From a bacterium (lineage in GTDB: Bacteria > Margulisbacteria > Marinamargulisbacteria > UBA817 > JABISL01): a stretch of DNA of 64,000 nt. This document shows positions 1 through 10,366 of the stretch, one piece after another (the first letter of the stretch is position 1; each line of letters starts with the position of its first letter). The stretch is taken from assembly GCA_018700055.1 (NCBI GenBank), contig JABISL010000050.1, positions 99,946 through 163,945 on the forward strand, in the 5' to 3' direction. Under the pieces are notes generated by a model. That model did not search any database and was not told the DNA's origin. It was given only the letters and a program-made list of their open reading frames with translations. A program made the position numbers and the translations under genes.

Positions 1-1
1 A

Positions 2-1930
2 TGTGTTTTAGCGACCCAGAAGGCGCTGAATCTAGAAGATACAATTTATGGGCGTCGATTTGAGTACTCTGCAGAAAATTCTGGGTTTTCAGCGACCAAA
101 GCCGTTGATAAATTAAGTGCCGAAGAACGCCATCTATTTCTGTATGGTGAGAAACAACAAGACGTTTACTTTAAGAAGCGTGGTGGTATGGTGCGCAAGA
201 TTGTCCCTAAGTATTGGGAAGGCGTCATTGGAAACTTAAAGCGTCGGTACCATCAAACCAATAGCGAAGGAATGCGATCCTGGTTCCGAAGTATGATGGC
301 TGCCAAAACGTGTGAATCCTGTAACGGTTATCGCCTAAAACCGGAGGCCGTTGGCGTTACTATTGGCAAAAAAAATATTGCGGAATTAGGCGGACTACCG
401 ATTTCAGAAGCAGTTACGTTCATGGAGACTCTCAAGCTCACCAAAAAAGAACTAGAAATCGCCAACTTAGTATTGAAGGAGGTCCAAGACCGCCTAAGCT
501 TCCTGGACAATGTCGGGCTCACTTATTTGAGCCTGGATCGAAAAGCCAATACGCTTTCTGGGGGAGAACTTCAACGGATTCGACTGGCTACTCAGATTGG
601 TTCCGGCCTCACCGGCGTACTGTATGTATTAGACGAGCCAAGTATTGGCCTTCATCAACGGGACAACCAACGATTATTGGTTACATTGCGACGCTTGAGA
701 GACTTAGGGAATACCTTAATCGTCGTAGAACATGACGAAGAAACTATCCAAGAAGCAGACTATGTTGTGGATATAGGACCAGAGGCCGGACGTAATGGTG
801 GCAACATTGTGTTTGCTGGCACTGTCCCTCAACTACTCAAGTCCAAAACCGTTACTGCGCAATATATAAACGGCGAGAAAGAAATTGCCATTCCTAAAAA
901 AAGACGCTCGGGCTCTGGTAATAGCCTTGTGGTTAAAGGTGCTCAGGCTAACAACCTACAAGATGTCACTCTTACGTTACCTCTGGGTAAGTTGGTTGCG
1001 ATTACTGGTGTGTCTGGCTCTGGAAAAAGCACCCTAATCAATGAAATACTGCATCGAGCACTGATGAAACATTTTCATAAGAGCAAAGAGCGCCCGGGGA
1101 AATTCAAATCCATGAAAGGCCTTGAATACATCGACAAGGTAATCACGATCGATCAGTCGCCAATCGGAAGAACGCCTCGTTCTAATCCTTCCACATATAC
1201 CGGTATGTTCACTCCAATTCGAGAGTTATATGCCCAAACACGTGAAGCGCGTATTAATGGATTCAAAGCCGGACGATTTAGTTTCAATGTTAAAGGTGGC
1301 CGTTGTGAAGCTTGCCAAGGTGATGGTCTCGTAAAGATTGAAATGCACTTCTTATCCGATGTTTATGTCACCTGTGACCTCTGTAAAGGTAAACGGTACA
1401 ACGATCAGACATTAGCCGTGAAATTTAAGGGGCATAGTATCTCTGATGTCCTGACCATGACTGTCAATCAAGCCGCAGAAGTATTTGTAAATATTCCTGC
1501 TATATTTAGTAAGCTACAAACATTACAAGAAGTGGGTCTGGGCTATATCGCTGTGGGGCAAAGCGCAACAACACTAAGTGGGGGCGAGGCGCAGCGAATT
1601 AAATTGGCCAAAGAACTATCCAAACGAAGCACTGGAAAAACATTGTACTTATTGGATGAACCCACCACAGGACTTCATTTTGAAGATATCCAAAAACTGC
1701 TGGGGGTGGTAAACCGTTTGGTTGATGCGGGCAACACCGTTCTAGTTATTGAACACAACCTTGATGTAATCAAAACGGCTGACCATGTAATTGACTTGGG
1801 CCCAGACGGTGGGTCTGGTGGTGGCCAGATTGTAGCGGAAGGCACGCCAGAGACTGTCGCCAAAGCTAAGGGATCATACACTGGATCATTTCTAAAAGAA
1901 TTATTGGGGAAAAAGAGAGTTAAGTCATGA
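2..1930 (+). CDS. uvrA: Excinuclease ABC subunit A (UvrA), 5'-truncated by window edge; the reading frame is open from nt 2
   Basis: Frame 2 is open from the window start into the 188..1930 ORF. Two ABC signatures are present ([24 protein letters not shown]), plus Walker [10 protein letters not shown] and Zn-finger Cys pairs (CESCNG, CEAC..CDLC) typical of UvrA. Confidence 0.9.
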   Translation, partial: CVLATQKALNLEDTIYGRRFEYSAENSGFSATKAVDKLSAEERHLFLYGEKQQDVYFKKRGGMVRKIVPKYWEGVIGNLKRRYHQTNSEGMRSWFRSMMAAKTCESCNGYRLKPEAVGVTIGKKNIAELGGLPISEAVTFMETLKLTKKELEIANLVLKEVQDRLSFLDNVGLTYLSLDRKANTLSGGELQRIRLATQIGSGLTGVLYVLDEPSIGLHQRDNQRLLVTLRRLRDLGNTLIVVEHDEETIQEADYVVDIGPEAGRNGGNIVFAGTVPQLLKSKTVTAQYINGEKEIAIPKKRRSGSGNSLVVKGAQANNLQDVTLTLPLGKLVAITGVSGSGKSTLINEILHRALMKHFHKSKERPGKFKSMKGLEYIDKVITIDQSPIGRTPRSNPSTYTGMFTPIRELYAQTREARINGFKAGRFSFNVKGGRCEACQGDGLVKIEMHFLSDVYVTCDLCKGKRYNDQTLAVKFKGHSISDVLTMTVNQAAEVFVNIPAIFSKLQTLQEVGLGYIAVGQSATTLSGGEAQRIKLAKELSKRSTGKTLYLLDEPTTGLHFEDIQKLLGVVNRLVDAGNTVLVIEHNLDVIKTADHVIDLGPDGGSGGGQIVAEGTPETVAKAKGSYTGSFLKELLGKKRVKS

Positions 1931-2214
1931 AGGCTGTAAAAGTAACGTATACCGTTAAGCCAGAGTACGTCTCCACGAATCAACAAAATATAAAAGCCGT
2001 TATGGACTATTTAGAAGCCAACCCGATTGAGGGCATGGATTATAACGCCTACTTATTGGAAGACGGTCAGAGCTTCATGCATATTAACGTCGCCAAAGAT
2101 GAGGCGACCATGAACCAATTGTTAAGCGTTGACGCGTTTAATGCGTTTCGTATGGCACTCAAGGCTAGTGAGCCAGTGAGTCCTCCTAAATCAGAAGTCT
2201 TAGATAAGATTTAG
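1927..2214 (+). CDS. Small ABM/Dabb-like (antibiotic-biosynthesis-monooxygenase fold) protein, 95 aa
   Basis: Size and alternating hydrophobic pattern ([22 protein letters not shown]) fit the ABM alpha/beta-barrel family. ATGA overlap with the uvrA stop suggests translational coupling. Confidence 0.4.
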   Translation: MKAVKVTYTVKPEYVSTNQQNIKAVMDYLEANPIEGMDYNAYLLEDGQSFMHINVAKDEATMNQLLSVDAFNAFRMALKASEPVSPPKSEVLDKI

Positions 2215-3407
2215 GACTGAATCGGTTTGATCCGACGAATCAAAAATACCGCGATAACATTCGCAACAATCGCTATATACCCAACGGTTGGATAATGTAG
2301 AAAATGACCGGTGGCCGATTGAACTACAATGGCGCCGCCAATGAATGCTCCTGCCCCAGCGGCCAATTGTTGAACTGACGTAATTAAACTCATAAACCCT
2401 GCTCGGTTTTGATCACTTGCAGTCGCAGTAATCAAGGCCATGGCAGGGACCATTCTAGCAATCATCAATACGAACATTGCTGTTGATACTATCAATGGGA
2501 GCCACATCGGTGATGGGCCTAAATGAGTCAATATCAAAATAGGCCCTATGACCAAAAGAACTGCTGCCGTAAATACTTGGGGTTTGCCAAATCGATCGGC
2601 CAAATATCCTATTGGGGTCGATGCCACTAAGGTTCCCACACCACCAAATAAGTAGACTAGCGTAAGCTGAAGTTCTGAGAACCCCACATTGGCCACTAAA
2701 TAAGGGCTAATAAATGGAACCATTACAAACTGTCCAAACATCATTATGCTAATCAATAATAGTGCGGATCTCTGGCTTGGGTTTTTGAGGATATCCAAAA
2801 AATTAGTGTATATCTTAGTGTTCTCAGCCGCCGTCATATGAGCCGTCATCTTGGGAAGACAAAAGACAATCCCAGCCAGAATTATAAGCGCTGCTCCTGA
2901 CAAGAAAAAGAAAGGGGTATTCCATCCATACTGAGTTCCCACCCACAGGCCAAAGGGGACACCAAAAACGGTCGCGGCAGCAAACCCTGACATCACAACC
3001 CCCATTGCCTTGCCTCTGCGCTCAAAAGGAATCACGTCCCCTATAACCGACATAATTAGACCAGATAAAAGCCCCCCAAACATTCCTGTTATTATTCTAG
3101 CAATCAATAATGTGGCGTAGGTCGGGGAAACGGAACAAAGAAAGGTCCCGAGAGCAAAGCCAATATAGGCCCCCATAACGGCCTTTTTTCGATCCAGTCG
3201 ATCTAGAAAGAATGCCCCTGCAAATCCTACTGCTCCCGCACTTAATGAATACGCCGCTACTAAAATCGCAAATTGTTGCGAGTTGATATTAAAGACTCTC
3301 ATCAACTGAGGACCCAATGGCATTAGAATCATAAAATCCACCACATGGGTAAACTGAATGGCTGCTAATGTGACTAGTATTAATCGTTCCTGAAGGTTGC
3401 TGTGCAT
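2211..3407 (-). CDS. MFS transporter
   Basis: 398 aa with ~12 predicted TM helices and an MFS-like loop motif (GAFFLDRLDRKKAV). Confidence 0.7.
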   Translation of the reverse strand: MHSNLQERLILVTLAAIQFTHVVDFMILMPLGPQLMRVFNINSQQFAILVAAYSLSAGAVGFAGAFFLDRLDRKKAVMGAYIGFALGTFLCSVSPTYATLLIARIITGMFGGLLSGLIMSVIGDVIPFERRGKAMGVVMSGFAAATVFGVPFGLWVGTQYGWNTPFFFLSGAALIILAGIVFCLPKMTAHMTAAENTKIYTNFLDILKNPSQRSALLLISIMMFGQFVMVPFISPYLVANVGFSELQLTLVYLFGGVGTLVASTPIGYLADRFGKPQVFTAAVLLVIGPILILTHLGPSPMWLPLIVSTAMFVLMIARMVPAMALITATASDQNRAGFMSLITSVQQLAAGAGAFIGGAIVVQSATGHFLHYPTVGYIAIVANVIAVFLIRRIKPIQS

Positions 3408-3806
3408 AGGAGTAGTATAGGTGTCTTATCCGGTATATGAAACCTCTAGATCAAGCCTTGGTGGGTTTAAATACATCCGCCAAAGACTGGTATAGTTTAT
3501 CTATATTTAGTGGCTTGGTCACACGCTGAAATCTCTATAATCGGATTTTTCTGTATCAATCGGATCGATCACTTGTCTTCCTGTTAAATCTTGTATCACC
3601 ATCATACATACCTCTTCTGCGAGCAGCTTCTTTAGTGCATACAAATTGAGGCATCCTCAGCCAGCTTTGTTTCACCTTGTAAATCACTTATCGATCGTCT
3701 TTGATACATATTACGTTTATCAGATATTGAGGTTTTCTGAGGGACCTTCAGATACTGGTCGCGTAGTAATGTGCATAGCCAGGCAGGAATGCTATACTAA
3801 TCGGCT

Positions 3807-5165
3807 ATGGAAGAACGTATACCACCACAGGATATGGAAGCTGAGCAATCTGTGCTTGGCGCCATGATGTTATCTAAGGAAGCAATCGCTGCTGTTCTAG
3901 ATAAAATCAAGCCGGATGATTATTATCGAGATGGTCATAAGTTCATCTTTGAAGCCATGATCGCTCTATATCAGCGAAACGAACCTATCGACCTTGTTAC
4001 TGTCTCTGCCGAGCTAAACAAGCAGGATAAATTGGATGGCGCAGGTGGCAAGACCTATCTAATTGATGTCGTTAACTCGGTTCCTACTGCTGCCAACGTT
4101 GAACATTACGCTGGAATCGTCCGCGAAAAGTCTATTCTTCGTCGATTAATTGATACTGGTACTCATATTGTTAGTGACTCATTTGATGACAACCTTGAAG
4201 TCGACATGATCCTAGGCGATGCGCAACGCGAAATCATGGAAATCTCCAAGGATACTTCGGGCGACGAGTTTGCTCGACTTGGAACTGTTGTGGAGTCTGT
4301 CTGGGATCAAATTAGTGAATCCTACGGGACTGATGACCAGATTTTGGGTGTTCCTACTGGATTCAAAGACCTTGATCAAATGACATCTGGATTCCAACCT
4401 TCTGAATTAATTATCTTGGCCGCTCGTCCCTCCATGGGAAAGACTACTTTGGCAATGAACTTCGCTGTTAATGCGGCATTTAACCACGGTAAAACGGTAG
4501 CTGTATTTAGCTTGGAGATGCCTAAAGAACAGTTGGCGTTGAGAATGTTGTCATCCGAAGCAAAAGTGGATATGGCACGTCTGAAAACAGCTAACATCCA
4601 TGAAAATGAATATAAAGGCATTGCGAAGGCACTCGGCAAATTATCCGAAGCCAATATTTATATAGATGACACTCCGGGAATATCGCCTTTGGCAATGCGT
4701 GCCAAGTTGCGTCGTCTGGAAATGGAAGGGCCGATAGACTTGGTCTTGATTGATTATCTTCAGTTAATGCGCATTGGCAAAAAGAAAATCGAAAGTCGAT
4801 TCCAAGAGGTCTCCGAGATTGTTCGAGAAGTCAAAGGGTTGGCCAAAGAGGTGAATGTTCCGATTATCGCCTTGTCTCAGTTAAGTCGAGATGTAGAGAA
4901 ACGGGGTGGGGATACCATTCCTAAACTGAGTGACTTGAGGGAGTCTGGGGAGCTTGAGCAAACCGCTGATCTCGTTATGTTTATCCATCGTGAAGACTAT
5001 TATGATGGGACAAATTCCAATAAAACCAGTCTTACAAATCTTATTATTTCTAAGCAACGTAACGGTCCCACGGGGAGGGTTGAACTTGTCTTCCGTAAAG
5101 ATGTCTCTCGATTTGAAATGGCTAGCAGTGTTATGCCAGCGAAGTCTCCGCAGTCTACTCCTTAG
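3807..5165 (+). CDS. dnaB: Replicative DNA helicase DnaB
   Basis: N-terminal DnaB domain (QDMEAEQSVLGAMML), Walker A ARPSMGKTT, and RecA-like C-terminal domain. Confidence 0.9.
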   Translation: MEERIPPQDMEAEQSVLGAMMLSKEAIAAVLDKIKPDDYYRDGHKFIFEAMIALYQRNEPIDLVTVSAELNKQDKLDGAGGKTYLIDVVNSVPTAANVEHYAGIVREKSILRRLIDTGTHIVSDSFDDNLEVDMILGDAQREIMEISKDTSGDEFARLGTVVESVWDQISESYGTDDQILGVPTGFKDLDQMTSGFQPSELIILAARPSMGKTTLAMNFAVNAAFNHGKTVAVFSLEMPKEQLALRMLSSEAKVDMARLKTANIHENEYKGIAKALGKLSEANIYIDDTPGISPLAMRAKLRRLEMEGPIDLVLIDYLQLMRIGKKKIESRFQEVSEIVREVKGLAKEVNVPIIALSQLSRDVEKRGGDTIPKLSDLRESGELEQTADLVMFIHREDYYDGTNSNKTSLTNLIISKQRNGPTGRVELVFRKDVSRFEMASSVMPAKSPQSTP

Positions 5166-6669
5166 CAGCCTACTTATAGGGCTTTTTCTATGTAGCTCCC
5201 CTCTTTCCGCCTTTGAAATCGAAGGGCTGCCTTTGGTATTGGAAGCCAATGAAGTGGCGTATGACAATGACACCAAAGATGTGTTTGCTACAGAAAATGT
5301 TCGGATAGACTATGCTCCCTATGTCATCACCTCCGATTATTTCGAGTATGTTGCTCAAGATCGACGTCTACTTTTCAAAGGCAATGTGGTTGTTAAAGAA
5401 AAAGGTAGAACCTTTCAATCTAGGGCCTTTGAATTCGATTTTGATACCCAAAAAGGGATCGCACATGACATCAAATCTACTGTGGACGGCACTATCATTA
5501 AAGGAAAACGTTTATCTGTAACCGCCACTGAAACCACCGTCGATGAAGTAGGGTTTACCACCTGTAGTTTGGATGAACCACACTATGTTTTTCAAGCTAA
5601 TAAGGTCCGTATCTACCCCGAAACCGGTGATTTTGTCGCCAATCATAATACGGTCAATTTATTTGGGGCGCCTATTTTCTATTTCCCTACCTATGTCCAC
5701 AGCTCCAAATCCAGAACGGTGAAGCAAAACTCAACGATTCCAGAGTTTGGCTACAATCGTATAGACGGTACTTTTTTCAAACTTAACTATGCTTATTTTA
5801 TGTCGCCTCGTTCCAATGGCACGATATCTATAGGATCAACTACTTTTCGTGGCAACTTATACGGATTTAATCACCGCTTGGGACTGCACCCCGACCATCG
5901 TTTATTTATCAAAGCCTATGATGTTCAAGACACTGGGTTTGAAGGGGGATTAATCTATGAATGGGATCTTATGCGCCCCAAGGGCGGGACTTATGCTAAC
6001 AGTTTTTTTGATCAACTCTACTCCGTTTTTGCCACCAATGATCAAAGTCGAATGAGCTCTAATTTCACAGCACATTATGTCTATAATGAATCTATTAACT
6101 ATCATTTAGTGGATTACTTACCGATGGTTCAGTGGGACGTAGACCATATTCAACTTCCTTACGATTGGCAGCTCTCAACTGAGGTCTCATCCGGAGAGGT
6201 GCGCGACTCTCAAGCCAGTACCGATAGAAGTGAAGGGATTGGCGTTCTTAGTCATGAGTGGACTCTGACTGAAGACTGGTCCATGGCATCTACGTTTACC
6301 CAGTATCGAAGCTATTATGGGACAGGGGATCGATGGGAGCGTATATTGGGCACTCTAAGTTTTTCATATGAGTCGGCTCTTTTTAAGCCGGAGATCTCTT
6401 ACACCCGCTTATTTTCCGATACTGGAGGAAGCCCTTTTCTCTATGATTCCGAAAATGTCATCGCCTCTGATGAAATTGGCTTGAAACTTACTTCGAATTT
6501 GTGGGGTAAATATTTGGCTCTGGACGTCGATTATGATTTGAATGACCAATCTCTACGGGACGCCACTATAACCACCGGTCTCAAGCAGCATTGTTGGATG
6601 TTAATGGTGAGTTGGAACATGGTTTGGCAAGAATTTCGCTTGGGTGTTTCTGTTATTCCCCACGAATAG
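5101..6669 (+). CDS. LptD/OstA-like outer-membrane protein (OstA N-terminal domain), shorter than canonical LptD
   Basis: Long signal peptide (MSLDLKWLAVLCQRSLRSLLLSSLLIGLFLCSSPLSA) followed by an OstA-N-like region (VAYDNDTKDVFATENVRIDYAPYVITSDYFEY..LLFKGNVVV). The start at 5101 was chosen over 4954 because 4954..5100 lies inside dnaB. Confidence 0.5.
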   Translation: MSLDLKWLAVLCQRSLRSLLLSSLLIGLFLCSSPLSAFEIEGLPLVLEANEVAYDNDTKDVFATENVRIDYAPYVITSDYFEYVAQDRRLLFKGNVVVKEKGRTFQSRAFEFDFDTQKGIAHDIKSTVDGTIIKGKRLSVTATETTVDEVGFTTCSLDEPHYVFQANKVRIYPETGDFVANHNTVNLFGAPIFYFPTYVHSSKSRTVKQNSTIPEFGYNRIDGTFFKLNYAYFMSPRSNGTISIGSTTFRGNLYGFNHRLGLHPDHRLFIKAYDVQDTGFEGGLIYEWDLMRPKGGTYANSFFDQLYSVFATNDQSRMSSNFTAHYVYNESINYHLVDYLPMVQWDVDHIQLPYDWQLSTEVSSGEVRDSQASTDRSEGIGVLSHEWTLTEDWSMASTFTQYRSYYGTGDRWERILGTLSFSYESALFKPEISYTRLFSDTGGSPFLYDSENVIASDEIGLKLTSNLWGKYLALDVDYDLNDQSLRDATITTGLKQHCWMLMVSWNMVWQEFRLGVSVIPHE

Positions 6670-6751
6670 GTGTGGTTCACGGATTACTAAGATATAATAC
6701 TTTTGTTGCAATTTCGCGACTCTTTGAATCGATAATTAACAAGGACATTTC

Positions 6752-8932
6752 ATGACAAATACACTAAACCCGGATCAAAAAAAAGCTGTCGCTCATTCTG
6801 AGGGGCCACTCCTTGTTATTGCGGGTGCTGGTTCCGGAAAAACCAGGGTCCTTACCCAAAAAATTTCTCATTTAATTCATTTTAACGGAATCCCACGGGA
6901 TCAAATCCTTGCAATTACGTTCACCAATAAAGCAGCCAAAGAAATGAAGGCTCGTGTCATTGAATTAATTGGAAAAGAAGCGCTCATGCCCACTGTTGGA
7001 ACCTTCCATTCGGTTTGTGCCATGATTCTACGCGATGAGTTTCATCTATTGGGTCGGTCTAGTCATTACATTATTTATGACTCTGGAGACCAGCTCTCTC
7101 TAATGCGTCAGTTGATCAAATCACTGAATCTCGGCGAGCGGTTTAAGCAACCTCAAGAAGCCTTAAGCTTAATTTCTAAGCTTAAGAATAATTTGATTGG
7201 GCCCGAAAATCTAGTGAGTTCCCACCCCAACTATTCCGATCACCTCAAGCAAATTTATACGGCTTATCAAAATGCACTCAAATTAAATAATGCGATCGAC
7301 TTCGATGATATGTTGTTTTTCGTCATTCAATTATTTGAGACCCAGCCTGCTGCGTTAAAAAAATATCAAGACAAATACCAATACGTCTTAATTGATGAGT
7401 ACCAAGATACCAATCATGCTCAGTATTTCCTGTGCAAACTCCTCACTCAGACGCACAATAATATTTGTGCTGTAGGAGACTTCGATCAAACCATTTACTC
7501 ATGGCGTGGTGCTAAACTCCAGAATATTTTACAGTTTGAACAAGACTTTCCGGGCACCAAAACTATTGCATTGGAACAAAACTATCGGTCCACCGGGCAT
7601 ATTCTAGGGGCCGCAAACGGTGTAATCAAAAATAATTCGCAGCGACGTCCTAAAAACTTATGGACAGAGAACAATGATGGCGAGCCTGTCACAGTTTATT
7701 TCGCCTATGATGAAGTTGAAGAAGCGACCTTTGTGGCCGACCAACTTCGAACACTCAAACAAGACAAAGATTTCTCCTTTAATAACTGCGCAATTCTCTA
7801 CCGTACAAATGCTCAGAGTCGCATTATTGAAGAGGTCTTTAATCGTCAAAACATTCCTTACCGTTTAGTCGGCGGGGTGCGATTTTATGCCAGACAAGAG
7901 GTCAAAGACATCGTGTCTTACCTTCACCTTGTCGAAAATATCCATGATAATTTGGCACTCGCTCGTGTGGTTCAGCGACCAACACGAGGTGTAGGTCAAA
8001 CGTCGATAGAAAAAATGGTTGCCTTGTCTCAAGAGACTGGCAAGTCAATCGTTACTTTGTCGGATGAAGGACTACTTCCTGTATCTCAAAAACAAACGTT
8101 CGCGATGAAAGCACTTTTTGACATGATTCGAGCCGTTCAACAAGTCTATGCCACCAGTCCTGAAAACAAGATTTCTAACTGTGTCCATGCGCTAATTGAG
8201 CTATCTGGATATAAAGGAATGTTAGAATCAGACTCTTCTGACAATGCTATGGAACGACTAGAAAACCTCATGGAGTTTGCTAGCATCAGTGAAGACGACA
8301 CGAAAGAACTTGGTGACTTTTTGAACGACCTCTCGCTAATGTCCGTTCTGGATGCCACGAAGGACTCTGGTGATGCGGTCACGCTAATGACCCTCCATCA
8401 TGCGAAAGGGCTTGAATACCCTATCGTCTTTATCGTCGGGGTTGAAGATGGATTACTTCCTTATTTTCGAACTAAGGGAGACGCTGAAGGAATGGAAGAA
8501 GAGCGTCGTTTAATGTACGTTGGAATCACTCGTGGAGAGGAACGCGTTTACCTTGTGGCTACTAATCAACGAACACTCTTTGGAGATCTTTGGTTCCATA
8601 ACGTCTCTCCTTTTATTAAAGAGCTCCCTAAAGAACACTCTAGGGTATTAGTATCGGAACGTGTGGTTGACCAAAATGGGGCTATCCTTGATAAGCTTCG
8701 CGAATCCGGAATCGCGTACGACACGTTGTTTGCTGCAGGAAAACCAATTATTGGCGCCACCTCCGTAGGTATTACATCATTAGCCACCGGCGATGTCGTT
8801 AAACATAAGGTTTGGGGCACGGGCGTCGTAAAAGCCGTCGAGGGTGCGGGCGAAAAAATGATGGTGAAGGTAGGGTTCTCAGATGAGACTCGTAACCTGA
8901 TGACCAAGTATGCACCGCTAGAAAAGCTATAG
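6752..8932 (+). CDS. pcrA: ATP-dependent DNA helicase, UvrD/PcrA/Rep family
   Basis: Walker A AGAGSGKT, motif II VLIDEYQDTN, and UvrD-like C-terminal domain. Confidence 0.85.
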   Translation: MTNTLNPDQKKAVAHSEGPLLVIAGAGSGKTRVLTQKISHLIHFNGIPRDQILAITFTNKAAKEMKARVIELIGKEALMPTVGTFHSVCAMILRDEFHLLGRSSHYIIYDSGDQLSLMRQLIKSLNLGERFKQPQEALSLISKLKNNLIGPENLVSSHPNYSDHLKQIYTAYQNALKLNNAIDFDDMLFFVIQLFETQPAALKKYQDKYQYVLIDEYQDTNHAQYFLCKLLTQTHNNICAVGDFDQTIYSWRGAKLQNILQFEQDFPGTKTIALEQNYRSTGHILGAANGVIKNNSQRRPKNLWTENNDGEPVTVYFAYDEVEEATFVADQLRTLKQDKDFSFNNCAILYRTNAQSRIIEEVFNRQNIPYRLVGGVRFYARQEVKDIVSYLHLVENIHDNLALARVVQRPTRGVGQTSIEKMVALSQETGKSIVTLSDEGLLPVSQKQTFAMKALFDMIRAVQQVYATSPENKISNCVHALIELSGYKGMLESDSSDNAMERLENLMEFASISEDDTKELGDFLNDLSLMSVLDATKDSGDAVTLMTLHHAKGLEYPIVFIVGVEDGLLPYFRTKGDAEGMEEERRLMYVGITRGEERVYLVATNQRTLFGDLWFHNVSPFIKELPKEHSRVLVSERVVDQNGAILDKLRESGIAYDTLFAAGKPIIGATSVGITSLATGDVVKHKVWGTGVVKAVEGAGEKMMVKVGFSDETRNLMTKYAPLEKL

Positions 8933-8964
8933 CTAATTTTCTTTACTTAAGCAAAGAAAATTAG
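8933..8964. repeat. Perfect 12-bp inverted repeat (ctaattttcttt / aaagaaaattag) with an 8-nt loop, immediately after the pcrA stop
   Basis: Seen directly in the sequence. The stem is AT-only, so it may be a weak terminator or an operator overlapping the next promoter. Confidence 0.3.
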
Positions 8965-8988
8965 ACAAATATTGCAATAAACTATAAA
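8961..8988 (+). promoter_or_regulatory. Candidate sigma70-like promoter (TTAGAC-16 bp-TATAAA) upstream of the 9002 ORF
   Basis: Hexamer match and spacing read by eye. No experimental support. Confidence 0.25.
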
Positions 8989-9001
8989 ATAGCCTTATAT
9001 T

Positions 9002-10354
9002 ATGAAGGTATTTCCCCCTACTTTTGTATCTTATAAGGTAATAGCAGCTTTTCCCGAAAGTTGTGTTTTCGCACTTAATCTATTAGATACCTGCTTAAAC
9101 CCTCCTCTCAAGGGTATTTTAAAATACCCTCATCGAGACTCTTCAGGGTCTCTCTCAAGCGCCAACACAACTGTCGCCGACAACACTTCTATGTCTTCTC
9201 GGGAGGGATTAGTCCTAGATGATGTATCTGATGTAAGCACTGAAGTTCTTTCTGAGTCGGGCGAATCTTTCAACGTCCCTGCCAAAGAGACTGAATTTTT
9301 ACCGAGTCCTAACGCAAAGGGACATAATGTTTTCTTTGGGGAAGACCTCATTGAGTCCGTTGATAATTATGCCAACCTCTATCCAGAATTATTTCGAAAA
9401 GATCCGACATTGATCTCCCCAACCTATTTTAGGTCGGACTTTTTCTGTGATGAGCTTAACTACGTTGGTGCAGATGTCACAGAATCGAAAGATGTCGTCC
9501 CCCCACAGTTACGCGTCGCTGAGGAACCCCTGCTACGGACTCCCTTTCAAAGGTCACGAAGTCAAAGTCATAACTTAAGTGATTTTATGACTCAATCAAA
9601 TATCGCTATCGCTCCTCCCCCCGCCCCAATACTACCTCAAGCCGAATTAGCACTAGGCAAACTAGTCAGCGCCTATAAGGAGTTTGCTAAGAATCATCCT
9701 GGCACTGACTTATCAAGTCGAGATTTACTCACCAATGTTTCCACAATGGCAAAAACGGCTGATGGATTGACTCAATTAGTTGCTCTTTCAGATCCTACTA
9801 TTGGGGACATATTGCATACCAAAGGACTCTCGCTAACGACTGATGATCAAGACAATGCTAGAAAGTGGTTGGCTGCCGTTGTCAAAATTGGAAAGGGTGG
9901 CGGTTTGGGAGAAACTCAGCTCAATCAATCACGGGCCATTTCATTCGATTCTATGAGAACGGCTATTACGAATATCCTCTTTCACTCGCCCTCTCAAAAA
10001 ACGTTTATATTCGACCTAAACTTGATCGCAAATACTGTAGAGGGATATAAGACTATTCTTATGACCCCCAGCTATTCCGAACTGTTTCATGAGGACTGTG
10101 AGTCCACGTTGTTAGATACTCCCGAAATGAGAGTCCAGTTTTTACACGCTGTCTCACAAATTGTTCGGATGAAAAGTGAGTCCACTACAGCCCTGATCCG
10201 TCAAAAAGGGTTCCAATCAACGCTAGCTACTGTTGTTACCCTCCTTACTAGTCTTGATAGGAAAGCAGACGAAATCGCTCCGATATTAGACACCATCCGA
10301 GCTAAATCCTCTACCTTGAATACAATATTAACTGAAACTTTTGGCTGCTTCTAA
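9002..10354 (+). CDS. Hypothetical protein, 450 aa, Ser/Pro-rich N-terminal half with no signal peptide
   Basis: Long ORF with consistent coding bias. No recognisable catalytic motif. Confidence 0.55.
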   Translation: MKVFPPTFVSYKVIAAFPESCVFALNLLDTCLNPPLKGILKYPHRDSSGSLSSANTTVADNTSMSSREGLVLDDVSDVSTEVLSESGESFNVPAKETEFLPSPNAKGHNVFFGEDLIESVDNYANLYPELFRKDPTLISPTYFRSDFFCDELNYVGADVTESKDVVPPQLRVAEEPLLRTPFQRSRSQSHNLSDFMTQSNIAIAPPPAPILPQAELALGKLVSAYKEFAKNHPGTDLSSRDLLTNVSTMAKTADGLTQLVALSDPTIGDILHTKGLSLTTDDQDNARKWLAAVVKIGKGGGLGETQLNQSRAISFDSMRTAITNILFHSPSQKTFIFDLNLIANTVEGYKTILMTPSYSELFHEDCESTLLDTPEMRVQFLHAVSQIVRMKSESTTALIRQKGFQSTLATVVTLLTSLDRKADEIAPILDTIRAKSSTLNTILTETFGCF

Positions 10355-10366
10355 ACGATATTTACT

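Noticed and set aside
3408-3806. Possible oriC / DnaA-box cluster upstream of dnaB
   Set aside because: Only one imperfect TTATCCGGT-like 9-mer was found, with no cluster of DnaA boxes or AT-rich DUE pattern. A divergent promoter region is more likely.
3646-3867. 73-aa ORF upstream of and overlapping the dnaB start
   Set aside because: It is short, overlaps the dnaB start region, and shows no motif. It more likely lies in the dnaB promoter/leader.
4954-5100. N-terminal 49 codons of the 571-aa ORF-track entry
   Set aside because: This stretch lies entirely inside dnaB in another frame. A good signal peptide begins at the Met at 5101, so the extension is taken as a non-coding overlap.
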